From NCBI GenBank assembly GCA_035529375.1, contig DATKWU010000009.1, positions 19,092 through 83,091 of the forward strand: a stretch of DNA of 64,000 bases. The letters are read 5' to 3'. The notes below the pieces were generated by a model, which worked only from the letters and a program-made list of their open reading frames with translations, searched no databases and was not told the origin of the DNA. The position numbers and the translations under genes were made by a program. This stretch comes from Patescibacteria group bacterium (GTDB taxonomy: Bacteria > Patescibacteriota > Microgenomatia > PFEM01 > JAHIFH01). Below are positions 17,543 through 26,394 of the stretch, in pieces (the stretch's first letter is position 1; every line of letters starts with the position of its first letter).

Positions 17543-18832
17543 TTAGTTCTTAAAAGCTAAAGATAGCTTTTTTGATTCCCATAAATAATAGCCTGAAAGG
17601 CTGATTAGTAGTCCAATCAAAACAGTGATTGATACCCAAATCATTTCCGTTAAGTTCTGGTGAAAAATTGAAAGAAAGATTATTTGAGCTAAAGCAGCTA
17701 TGCTTGGAAAGAAAACTACCCTAGTCTTCTTGATTGATAAATAGTAGTTAACTAAAAGATAGGTTAAGGAATAGAGGCTGAAAAAAACCGCAAAAAGGGG
17801 TAAAGCATGAGTTGCCGATAAATATTGACGGCCATAAAGAATATTAATCATTAATTTGGGAAAGAGAAAATAAACTGAGGTAATCCCAAGACAAACAAAA
17901 AGAACCAAACCTAGGCTTTGAAAAAGCAATTTTTGGTATTGTTTCCCTCTGGCTTCATGTTCTGAAACCATAGGAAACATCACTAAAGAAACTGGCATTG
18001 AGCCAAAAAAGATTATCTTACCTAAAACTGCTAGAGCCGCGTAAAAGCCAGCTTCTTGAGCTGAAAGGAAATGTCTGGCTAAGACAATGTCCGTGGTGTA
18101 AAGCGAGGTAAAAGCCAAAATTGAGAGAAAAACAGGCAAAGCATAAATAACCACTTTTCTTTCATTAAAATCATTCTTTTCTATCTTTTTACCTAAAATC
18201 TTTTTAACAAACCAAAAACTGAGAATAAAACCAATAGCCGAGCCAATGACAACAGCAGTCAGAGCCCCAAAAATCTGATAACCCAGATAAACCAGAAAAA
18301 TACTTAAAACTAGTTTAATAATGAAGGCCGATGTTTCGGCCAAAAAATAGCGCTTGAAAAAAAGAAAACCCTGAAGAGTAGCTAAATTAATGTAAAGAAA
18401 AAGAGATAAAAAAGAGGAAAGACCAATAAAAAAGAGAAAAAAGTTTGATTGGAGATGAAGAAAGGAGGTAGTTAAAGGAGAAATAATTAGAAAAATTAAC
18501 AAAATAAGCGAACCAAAAACAAGGGCTTTTTTTATTGTCCATTGATAAAAATAATCCACCACTAATAATTTTCCTTGGCCTCTTAATTCAGAAACAAATT
18601 TAGTGACCACCAATCTAATGGTGGCAATAGGTATACTTAAAAGATAGGCCACGCCGATTAGAGCGGCCAAGGCGCCGTAATCAATCGGTCCTAACATCCT
18701 TCCCATTAAAAGATGAAAAAGGTAATTGGAAAAATTACCCAACAAACTGCCAAAAAACAGAATACCACTCCCCATCACTAATTGATTTTTAGAGATTTTT
18801 GTTAATTGTTCTCTTAAAAGATTAATTTTCAT
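17543..18832 (-). CDS. Wzx-like flippase / polysaccharide biosynthesis protein (MOP superfamily)
   Basis: 429 aa with about 12 TM. The PST-type N-terminus is QLVMGSGILFFGSLLGNFSNYLFHLLMGRMLGPIDYGALAALIG. Confidence 0.7.
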   Translation of the reverse strand: MKINLLREQLTKISKNQLVMGSGILFFGSLLGNFSNYLFHLLMGRMLGPIDYGALAALIGVAYLLSIPIATIRLVVTKFVSELRGQGKLLVVDYFYQWTIKKALVFGSLILLIFLIISPLTTSFLHLQSNFFLFFIGLSSFLSLFLYINLATLQGFLFFKRYFLAETSAFIIKLVLSIFLVYLGYQIFGALTAVVIGSAIGFILSFWFVKKILGKKIEKNDFNERKVVIYALPVFLSILAFTSLYTTDIVLARHFLSAQEAGFYAALAVLGKIIFFGSMPVSLVMFPMVSEHEARGKQYQKLLFQSLGLVLFVCLGITSVYFLFPKLMINILYGRQYLSATHALPLFAVFFSLYSLTYLLVNYYLSIKKTRVVFFPSIAALAQIIFLSIFHQNLTEMIWVSITVLIGLLISLSGYYLWESKKLSLAFKN

Positions 18833-18848
18833 TTTTTAAAATCAATTC

Positions 18849-20039
18849 TTAGGCTAACCAAAAACCCCGGGTAAAAAATAAGACAGCCATAATTAATAAA
18901 GGAATGACTATTATTGGATAAAGGATTCTCACCCAGCGATATTTCTCTGCCCAAATGGAAAGAAGAATAAAACCAGGGAAAAGAACAAGAACATAACGAG
19001 GCATTGAACAAAAAGTCCCGGTAAGAGTCGGCAATAGATAGGCAAGCGCCATAAAAGTAAAATAGGCAAACCATCTTCTTAGGTAGGTAAAGACAATCAA
19101 GAAAAAGAAGAGAGTCCCGCTTAAAAACTCTAAAATAACAGTTAGATAGACTGGCGAGGTTTTATCAACCGTGATCAACATCTTTAGATAACGCCAAAAA
19201 ACCTGATAAAGCAAAACCAATTTGCTCGTCTCCCTACCCGCCCCAAAATAGGGCTGAACCCGAGCAAAAAGTAAAGGATCCAAAAAATTAATTCTTAAGT
19301 AGGACATATAACCAATTAACCCTAAAGGAATAAATAATAAAGGCATGAGATTAGAAGTAAAATATTTCAAATCTCTTTTTTCTTTTTGATCAAATCCGGA
19401 TTGAAAAGCTAGTTCAACAACTAGAGCCGGAAAAAGAAAGACACCCGTCAAGCGGGTTGAAGCCGCCAATAAACCGAAAATGCCGGCTAACCACCAATTT
19501 TTGGTCTTGGCAAAATAAAAACTGGCTAAAATCAAAACTAAGAACAATGATTCGGTATAAACAGCGGCCAAGTAAAAAGAAGTGGGAAAAATTAACAAAT
19601 AAAGAATCGCCCGCCTAGCAATTCTTCGATTGAAATCTAGTCTAACTAATTTAAAAAAAAGAAAAAGACTAAAAAATAAACTGATCGAAGAGATAAACAA
19701 ACCCGCTAATAAAAGCCTACCTCTAAAAATGGGGCTAAAACCGATGAATTCAATTAACTTAGGATAAAGCGGGAAAAAGGCTTGTTGATAAATTCCATAA
19801 CCCTTTTTAGCAATATCTAAATAATCAATTCCTTCAAAATTAGCTCGACAGCAAAGCCATTGAGGATCAAGGGCTACTCTCCCGGTATAAAGATACTCCG
19901 TCATCGTGGGAAAAAAGCGTTCACCCAGAGCAATTAAGCCAGATAGCAAGACTTGCCAGATAATAAAAACTGACAGAATGAAAAAGAGAAGACCTTTATT
20001 TTGCCTTAACCACTTTTTGATAGACTTTATAAGTTTCAT
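18849..20039 (-). CDS. GT-C-type membrane glycosyltransferase, PIG-V/DUF2029-like mannosyltransferase family
   Basis: 396 aa, polytopic. Carries the ANFEGIDYLDIAKKGYG motif (WDG-x-Y-IA-x-GY-like loop of the PIG-V/DUF2029 family) and a STRLTGVFLF loop. Confidence 0.55.
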   Translation of the reverse strand: MKLIKSIKKWLRQNKGLLFFILSVFIIWQVLLSGLIALGERFFPTMTEYLYTGRVALDPQWLCCRANFEGIDYLDIAKKGYGIYQQAFFPLYPKLIEFIGFSPIFRGRLLLAGLFISSISLFFSLFLFFKLVRLDFNRRIARRAILYLLIFPTSFYLAAVYTESLFLVLILASFYFAKTKNWWLAGIFGLLAASTRLTGVFLFPALVVELAFQSGFDQKEKRDLKYFTSNLMPLLFIPLGLIGYMSYLRINFLDPLLFARVQPYFGAGRETSKLVLLYQVFWRYLKMLITVDKTSPVYLTVILEFLSGTLFFFLIVFTYLRRWFAYFTFMALAYLLPTLTGTFCSMPRYVLVLFPGFILLSIWAEKYRWVRILYPIIVIPLLIMAVLFFTRGFWLA

Positions 20040-21072
20040 TGGCTACTTTTTCCCAACTGAACTTCTTGGCTTGATTTAAACCTCTTTTAATTAATTTCTC
20101 TCTTAAATCTTCATCTTCAATGGCTACCGCCAGGCCATTGGTTATATCATTTATATCATAAGGATCAACCAGCACCGCTGCTTGGCCAGAAATTTCCGGT
20201 AAACTTGCCTCTTTGCTGGTCACCACTGGCGTTCCACAAGCCATGGCTTGGATAACCGGCAAACCAAAACCTTCATAAAAAGAAGGCTGGCAATAAACCG
20301 TGGCGAGGTTATAAAGAACCACCAAGTCCTCATCAGACACGTAACCGACTCGAATCACCTCTTTATCCTGGCCATATTGCTTGATTAACTGAACCAAAGG
20401 CTGATCTTCAATATGGGTTTGATCAAATTCCTTTTGCGCTGCTTGCTTGCCGACAATCACTAAAGGCAGCTTCATCGCCTTACAAGCCTTAACTAAACCT
20501 AAAACATTCTTATTGTAATTAACGTCACCAACATAAAGAACGAATTTAACCGGTAAATTATATTTCTTCCTTACCTTTGCCAACTTCTTTTTTTCTTCGA
20601 TTGGTTGAAAAATTTCACTAGCCGCCAAATAAACAACCTCGATTTTCTCCTCAGGATAAGCTAGATAATGAGCAATGTCTTTTTTAGAATTCTTTGAATC
20701 AGTAATCACCCGATTGACTGTCTTGAGAGTCATTTTTTGCGCCTCAAATTTTAATCTACCTTTAATCCCGGGAGGATAATGTTCAGGAAAAACTAAAGGG
20801 GTCGTGTCATGGATAGTGACCACAGTTTTTTTCTTTCTCATTAAAGGTAAAGTTTTGAAAAATAAGTCAAAATAGGGATAGTGAACTAAATCACAATCTT
20901 TGGGAATTTCTCCTGCCTCAACTGAAACCACTTCAAAATCAGCTCTTTTAATTGCCTGAAGAGCTTGGAGCAAGCTTTGAGTATAAGCACCAATTCCTCG
21001 AAATTGATGACCTGTTTTTAATGGTGAAATATCAAGAGCAACTTTCATTATTTTTTTAACAAATAACGCCAA
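19996..21072 (-). CDS. Glycosyltransferase family 4 (GT-B)
   Basis: QPSFYEGFGLPVIQAMACGTPVVTSKEASLPEISGQAAVLVDPYD is the GT4 E-x7-E signature. 358 aa. Confidence 0.85.
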   Translation of the reverse strand: MALFVKKIMKVALDISPLKTGHQFRGIGAYTQSLLQALQAIKRADFEVVSVEAGEIPKDCDLVHYPYFDLFFKTLPLMRKKKTVVTIHDTTPLVFPEHYPPGIKGRLKFEAQKMTLKTVNRVITDSKNSKKDIAHYLAYPEEKIEVVYLAASEIFQPIEEKKKLAKVRKKYNLPVKFVLYVGDVNYNKNVLGLVKACKAMKLPLVIVGKQAAQKEFDQTHIEDQPLVQLIKQYGQDKEVIRVGYVSDEDLVVLYNLATVYCQPSFYEGFGLPVIQAMACGTPVVTSKEASLPEISGQAAVLVDPYDINDITNGLAVAIEDEDLREKLIKRGLNQAKKFSWEKVANETYKVYQKVVKAK

Positions 21073-21917
21073 TAGGCTCTAGGAAATCTTAAAGCCGAGA
21101 AAAAAGAAAAAACAATTCCCTGAAAGCCATCAAGAATGCCTTTATGCCTAAAAAGAGTTAAGAAAAACCAATAAATTGGTTTGATCAAAAAGTAATTCAG
21201 GGATTGAATTGGATTCTTGCTTAATTTTTTTTCTTTAAATTCAGCGACAATCAAATTAATATATTTACTATTCCTTTGAAGATATTTTTTAAAGGTGGTG
21301 TCCGCATAATGAAGGAGATCATTTTGCAACCAACCAACCTTGCCTTTAATCACAATCTGTTCATGAACATCCTGACAAGGAAAGTGGGCTTTGCCATTCT
21401 TGACCAGCCGAATAACGCCATCAGGATAAACCCCGCCATAACGAAGATATTTACCTAGAAAATAATTTAATCGGGCCACAAAAAAGCCAGCGTATTCACC
21501 TTTATCTTGACCAATCCTTCCGTCTCTTTTTTCGACTATTCTTTGGTGTCTTAAAAACAATTCTCTCTTGGTAATTATTTTTTGGTACCTATTAATTTTT
21601 TTATCACTTAAAGAAGTAATCATTTTAATCTCTTTAGATAATGCCTCAGTTACTCTTTCATCCGCATCTAACTGTAAAATCCATTCTCCCTGGCAGGCTT
21701 CTAGAGCTTTTTGTTTATTGATGTGAAAGATAGGCGGATTATTAGTAATCGTTACCTTGGCTCCATATTCTTTAGCAATCTCAACCGTCTTATCTTGAGA
21801 AGAACCATCAACAATAATAATTTCATCAGCCAAATCTTTGACTAATTCAAGACATTCCCCTAGATTTTCTTCTTCATTATAGGTAGCCAAAGCAACTGAG
21901 ATTTTATCTTTTTTCAT
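21048..21917 (-). CDS. Glycosyltransferase family 2 (GT-A)
   Basis: ISVALATYNEEENL...IIIVDGSSQDKT...LQLDADERV covers the GT2 DxD/NEE region. 289 aa. Confidence 0.8.
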   Translation of the reverse strand: MKKDKISVALATYNEEENLGECLELVKDLADEIIIVDGSSQDKTVEIAKEYGAKVTITNNPPIFHINKQKALEACQGEWILQLDADERVTEALSKEIKMITSLSDKKINRYQKIITKRELFLRHQRIVEKRDGRIGQDKGEYAGFFVARLNYFLGKYLRYGGVYPDGVIRLVKNGKAHFPCQDVHEQIVIKGKVGWLQNDLLHYADTTFKKYLQRNSKYINLIVAEFKEKKLSKNPIQSLNYFLIKPIYWFFLTLFRHKGILDGFQGIVFSFFSALRFPRAYWRYLLKK

Positions 21918-23062
21918 TTGATTCCCATTTTTTTAGTTTCAACTTTCTCTGGCAACATAAATTGAACCGAATCATCAGCTGTCACACCTCTTTCATCAGC
22001 AATAATTAAATTAATAGCGTGAACAATAGCTAGATGAGCAATTTGAATTTTGGAGGAAGATGGACCTTCAGGTTTAGCATTACTTTTAATAATCTGCTTT
22101 GCCTGTTTACCTAAGGGCGTATCAATATTCTCGGTAATGGCAACCGTGATGGCTTTCTTTTTCTTAGCCTGTCTTAAGATTTCATAAACAAAACCTGTGC
22201 CACCACTAGCAGAGATACCAATAACCACGTCTCCCTTATTAATAGCAAAACCAGCGTAACGAGCCAAACCTCCTTCTTCTTCACCTAGCCCTTTAGCAAA
22301 AGATACTGGTTGGGAATCAGCTAAATCATTAGTAAAAACCATAATCGGTAAACCGGTTTCAAGTCCCTGACCAGCCATTTCTCTGGCTACTAAAGCTGAA
22401 GCACCAGCACCAGTGACAATTACCTTTTTCCCTTTTTTAATTTGCCTCATAATCAACCTGGCCGTCTTTACAATTCCCTCTTTACTACTTTCCAAGGTAT
22501 CGGTCAATCCCTTCTGTTCCTCTTTAAAAACCCGCTCTATTTTAGACTCGATTGTCCGACAGCCATTAAAATCAATTGAAACCATTAAGGGTTTGTTAAT
22601 GTCAATTAACTGACCAACACTGTCAATCAAAGTTAAGTTATTGTAAGGAGTTTCTGTAAATTCTAAGGTTGTTCCTGGTAAATCACCCACCTTGTAAGAA
22701 GTTTTACAGAGATAATTAATCAAACTTGTTTTGCCAGCATTAAAAACGCCAAGAACCATAACTTTATCTCCCTTTTTGAAAAATTTATTGATCTTTTTTT
22801 CAAGTTTAGGTAGATTATGAAAAGTTTTTAAGGAAATCGGTAAAATTTCCTCTCTTAACTCTTTTTTTGTTTTTGATAAAGTCGTCCTTTTAACCCGATC
22901 GTCTTTATTACCAATCACCAGATAGTTCATTCCTTTTGTTTCACAGGCATCAATAAAAGACTTCGTTGTATTTATCTGCGGATCAACCAAATTAATAATC
23001 AAAATTGCTCCGGTCGGATCAGCTAATAAATAGGGGGCGGCTAGTTTTTTGGCTACTCTCAT
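21914..23062 (-). CDS. Fusion protein: circularly permuted GTPase domain (YlqF/RsgA-like motif order) + C-terminal SIS (sugar isomerase) domain
   Basis: N-terminal half shows G4 IGNKDD before G1 VLGVFNAGKTSLIN, followed by PGTT and LIDSVG; this is the cpGTPase order G4-G1-G2/G3. The C-terminal half has VIVTGAGASALVAREMAGQ...GDVVIGISASGGTGFVYEILRQAKKKK, as in the SIS domains of GmhA/KpsF. Confidence 0.6.
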   Translation of the reverse strand: MRVAKKLAAPYLLADPTGAILIINLVDPQINTTKSFIDACETKGMNYLVIGNKDDRVKRTTLSKTKKELREEILPISLKTFHNLPKLEKKINKFFKKGDKVMVLGVFNAGKTSLINYLCKTSYKVGDLPGTTLEFTETPYNNLTLIDSVGQLIDINKPLMVSIDFNGCRTIESKIERVFKEEQKGLTDTLESSKEGIVKTARLIMRQIKKGKKVIVTGAGASALVAREMAGQGLETGLPIMVFTNDLADSQPVSFAKGLGEEEGGLARYAGFAINKGDVVIGISASGGTGFVYEILRQAKKKKAITVAITENIDTPLGKQAKQIIKSNAKPEGPSSSKIQIAHLAIVHAINLIIADERGVTADDSVQFMLPEKVETKKMGIK

Positions 23063-24705
23063 TTCTCGGTAATCCTAAAAGCTATTTTACCATTTAAGAA
23101 ATAAATTTCTTTGATTATTTTAGTAGAATCAGGAATTTCTTCATCAGTGCCAATAATAAGAACGTTTTCTTCTTTTTCTAAGGCTTCAAAATCAATTTGC
23201 TCAAAATGGTATTTATCGAAATCACGGACGGTCGAAAAACCAAATCGATCACGAGGGGTTAACCTAACCTCTTGCTGAAATTTTTCCGGAGGGTATTGCA
23301 AATAAAAAAGAAATAAAATATAGGGTTGATCATACTTATCTGTAACGTAAATTCGTTCGTACTTCTCCCCGACTGTCTGAACATAACTCACTAACTGATC
23401 AAAACCATCCTCCCAAGCGTCCGGGTAAGTTTTGGGATAATGGAGATAGTATTGATGCAAATAACCACTGACACTCCAAATCAAAATAATAATCGCCAAA
23501 GCCCAGGCAATTCTCATCAATTTTTGACTTACCTTGTCTTTAAGCCACAACCAACCCTGGTAAAAACCATAAGCACTCACGATAACTAAGGGAACCACCA
23601 TTGATAAAGACCGAAGAGCATGGGGAGTTTGAAAAGTCATCGCTGCCGGTATCGGCGCCACCATCAACCAAAGAAGAAGCACAAGCCAATTTTCTGGCCT
23701 CTTTTTCAAAAGAAAGTAAATTCCCAAAACAACTAAAGGAATATCAAATAAATACATTTGACCTGTCTCGGGAACACGGTTTCTCTCAATAACGTCACCA
23801 CTAATAAACAAAAACTCTCCCTGAAAATGATCAAACCAATTTTTCCCAAAGGCAATCGTATAGGCTAAGTAGCGGTTGTGAATTAGACGCACCGGTAAAG
23901 CCATATTAGTGGCGTGCTGACCTCTCAGTTCATTAATCCGCCAGAGCGGTCCAGTATCCGCTATCAGGCCCACACCAGCAAACCGCGAAACTCCGGCTGG
24001 ACCAAGGAAACTAATCAACAAGGGAATTAAAATTACCAACCCCATAATACCGCTCATCAAAATTGCCTGGTAGTTTTTTCGCTTGAACAATTTGTCTCGA
24101 TAAAGAAAAACTAATCCCAAACCCAGAAGCGGAACAACTATCCGGGCACTATGGTAGGTATAAAAAGACAAAGAATAAGCTAAAACAGCCAGAATAAAAA
24201 ATCTTGGGTTTTTTAAGCCTTTAAAGAATAGCCAAGTACCCAAAATAATCAAGAAAGTGGCGGCGTTTGCTTCCCAACCGCCGCGGGAAAAATGGAGGTG
24301 CCAGGGAGAAATGGCTAAAAAGAAAGCGGCGATTAAACTCAAACGTTCGTCAGCAAATAGTTCTTTGACCAAAAGAAAAACCAGCCAAACGCTGAAAATA
24401 CCCAAAAGCGCTGACGGTAATCTGACGGCCAGGACATTAAGGCCGAGTAACTTAACAAAGGGTAAAACTAAATAGAAATAAAGACCTGGCTTGTAATCGC
24501 CAAAGGACTTGAAGTGCAAAGGCCAGGAAACGCCATGTTCATCCCTGCCGGTGAGGAGAAGAGAGTAAGCATTATAACCAATGGCCGCTTCATCAGCATT
24601 AAGTCCAGCCGGATATCGACTGAGATCCCAAAACCTTAAAACCGCTGCCAAAAGCAGAATTAAGACTAAAAACATCATGATTAATTTTGGTTTTCTGTTT
24701 TTCAT
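23059..24705 (-). CDS. GT-C glycosyltransferase, PMT/ArnT-like (GT39/GT83-like phospholipid-carrier-dependent glycosyltransferase), paralog 1 of 3
   Basis: 548 aa, polytopic. The first-loop motif RFWDLSRYPAGLNADEAAIGYNAYSLLLTGRDEHG contains the DE acidic motif typical of PMT/ArnT. Has a C-terminal soluble domain. Confidence 0.75.
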   Translation of the reverse strand: MKNRKPKLIMMFLVLILLLAAVLRFWDLSRYPAGLNADEAAIGYNAYSLLLTGRDEHGVSWPLHFKSFGDYKPGLYFYLVLPFVKLLGLNVLAVRLPSALLGIFSVWLVFLLVKELFADERLSLIAAFFLAISPWHLHFSRGGWEANAATFLIILGTWLFFKGLKNPRFFILAVLAYSLSFYTYHSARIVVPLLGLGLVFLYRDKLFKRKNYQAILMSGIMGLVILIPLLISFLGPAGVSRFAGVGLIADTGPLWRINELRGQHATNMALPVRLIHNRYLAYTIAFGKNWFDHFQGEFLFISGDVIERNRVPETGQMYLFDIPLVVLGIYFLLKKRPENWLVLLLWLMVAPIPAAMTFQTPHALRSLSMVVPLVIVSAYGFYQGWLWLKDKVSQKLMRIAWALAIIILIWSVSGYLHQYYLHYPKTYPDAWEDGFDQLVSYVQTVGEKYERIYVTDKYDQPYILFLFYLQYPPEKFQQEVRLTPRDRFGFSTVRDFDKYHFEQIDFEALEKEENVLIIGTDEEIPDSTKIIKEIYFLNGKIAFRITEK

Positions 24706-26378
24706 TCTGTCTCCACCACCCGGTAAGCTAATCGACCATCAAGAAAATAGATTTCTTCTAATAATCTCGCTCCCGGTGTTTGGCTAATATCTCCGATTGG
24801 GAGTTCAAATTCGTCGCCGATAAAAAGACAATTTTGACATTGCCTGTCTTCTGGCCAATAAATATTTCTAAATTCGATATTGTCAATTTTCTCGACCAGA
24901 CCAACATCGCCCCAAGGGTTTTCTTTCAAATAAGCCTGGGCTTGGTAATCTTTGGGTGGATATTGAGTGTAGAAAAGATAAAAGATATATGGCTGGCCAT
25001 ATTCCTGGGTAACAACGATTTTTTCATATTTCTCTTTTCCTTCTTTAATCATCTCAGCGATGGCCTCCGTACCATAATTCCAGCCAGCGGAATTCTTCTC
25101 GGCAGAATGAAGATAATAAAGATCAAGATAAAGAGTTAGACAAAAAAGATAACCTAAGACAGTTAAAAAAATCCCCAGGAAAAAAAGTTTTTTGGATTTT
25201 TGTTTAAGCCAAGAAAAAACCACATTGATTCCCATCGCCGTAAAAACCACCAAAGGAATCACTAGCCAATAAGACCTCAACCCATGGACCGCATCGCGGG
25301 TTATGGCCGCGGGGACGGGGCTGGCAATCAACCACCAAAAGAAAAGATTCTTTCCCCGTCTTTTTTCTTTGGCTAAGGCATAACCGATGCCAACAAGAAG
25401 AAAAGGAATTTCAAGATAATACATCATCCCCATATAAGGGGTGCTATGTCGGGGTGACTGCCAATCGCCTTCAAAAAAAAGAAACTTGCCGGTCAAATGG
25501 TTAAAGTAGTGATCCGCCACCAAGCGGGCTTTATTTAAAACCTCATGGTGATAGAAATTAAAATTTAATTGGGGAAAACTCTCTTCTTGGGCAATAATTG
25601 CTGAGACTTCTTCCTCAGACCGGGTATAGGAAAAAATCTGGGTCACTTTGGCTCTCCGGGCGCTGCCTTGAAACGAAGACAAAAGAGGCAAGAGGAGAAG
25701 CATCAACAGAATTAATCCCAGGATTTTTTTCTGCTTAGGCAAATTCATTATTTTTTGTCGATAGATGGCCAAGGCCCCAAACATAAAAACGACTAAGAAA
25801 ACCTTGGCCCCATGGTAAACATAAAAGGAAGCGGCCAGGAAAACAAAGGTCAGCAGAAAAAATCTGGTGGCCCTGGTTTCCAGAGACTTAAGGAAAAAGA
25901 TAACTCCTAAAACAATCGTCAACAGAGCTAAATTAACTTCCCAAGCGCCCCGAGAAAAATGAATCTGCCAAGGAGAAATGGCTAAAAGCAAGGCAGCCAG
26001 ATAAGGCAGACAAACAAACTCTTTTCTTTTATTCAAAAGCATTTTGGTTAAGAAAAACAGAGCGATGACCGTCCCCACCCCGGCTAAAGCCGAGGGTAAT
26101 CTGATGGCAAAGGTGTTTAAGCCAAAAACAGCCACTGAAGGCAGGAGATAGTAAACAAAAAGCCCTGGCTTGTAATCACCAAAAGATTTAAAAGTCAAAG
26201 GTAAAAGCTGGCCATATTCATCCCGACCGGTCTCTAAAATCGAATAAGCATTATAACCTAAAGCTGGTTCATCCCAAGTGAGGCCGACGGGGTAATCGCC
26301 GAGTTTGTAAACTCTTAAAGAAAACGCCAAAACGGCAATCAAAATTAAGGGCCAATATTTTTTCAAGAATTTTTTCAT
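24702..26378 (-). CDS. GT-C glycosyltransferase, PMT/ArnT-like, paralog 2 of 3
   Basis: RVYKLGDYPVGLTWDEPALGYNAYSILETGRDEYG shares the loop motif and the overall architecture with 23059..24705. 558 aa. Confidence 0.75.
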   Translation of the reverse strand: MKKFLKKYWPLILIAVLAFSLRVYKLGDYPVGLTWDEPALGYNAYSILETGRDEYGQLLPLTFKSFGDYKPGLFVYYLLPSVAVFGLNTFAIRLPSALAGVGTVIALFFLTKMLLNKRKEFVCLPYLAALLLAISPWQIHFSRGAWEVNLALLTIVLGVIFFLKSLETRATRFFLLTFVFLAASFYVYHGAKVFLVVFMFGALAIYRQKIMNLPKQKKILGLILLMLLLLPLLSSFQGSARRAKVTQIFSYTRSEEEVSAIIAQEESFPQLNFNFYHHEVLNKARLVADHYFNHLTGKFLFFEGDWQSPRHSTPYMGMMYYLEIPFLLVGIGYALAKEKRRGKNLFFWWLIASPVPAAITRDAVHGLRSYWLVIPLVVFTAMGINVVFSWLKQKSKKLFFLGIFLTVLGYLFCLTLYLDLYYLHSAEKNSAGWNYGTEAIAEMIKEGKEKYEKIVVTQEYGQPYIFYLFYTQYPPKDYQAQAYLKENPWGDVGLVEKIDNIEFRNIYWPEDRQCQNCLFIGDEFELPIGDISQTPGARLLEEIYFLDGRLAYRVVETE

Positions 26379-26394
26379 TTTTCTAACTTCCTTT

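Noticed and set aside
24257-25139. Plus-strand ORFs 24257..24475, 24581..24787, 24780..25139 with Lys/Arg-rich or hydrophobic translations
   Set aside because: All are antisense to the PMT/ArnT-like paralogs 23059..24705 and 24702..26378. The reverse strand of hydrophobic-codon-rich genes commonly yields such ORFs.
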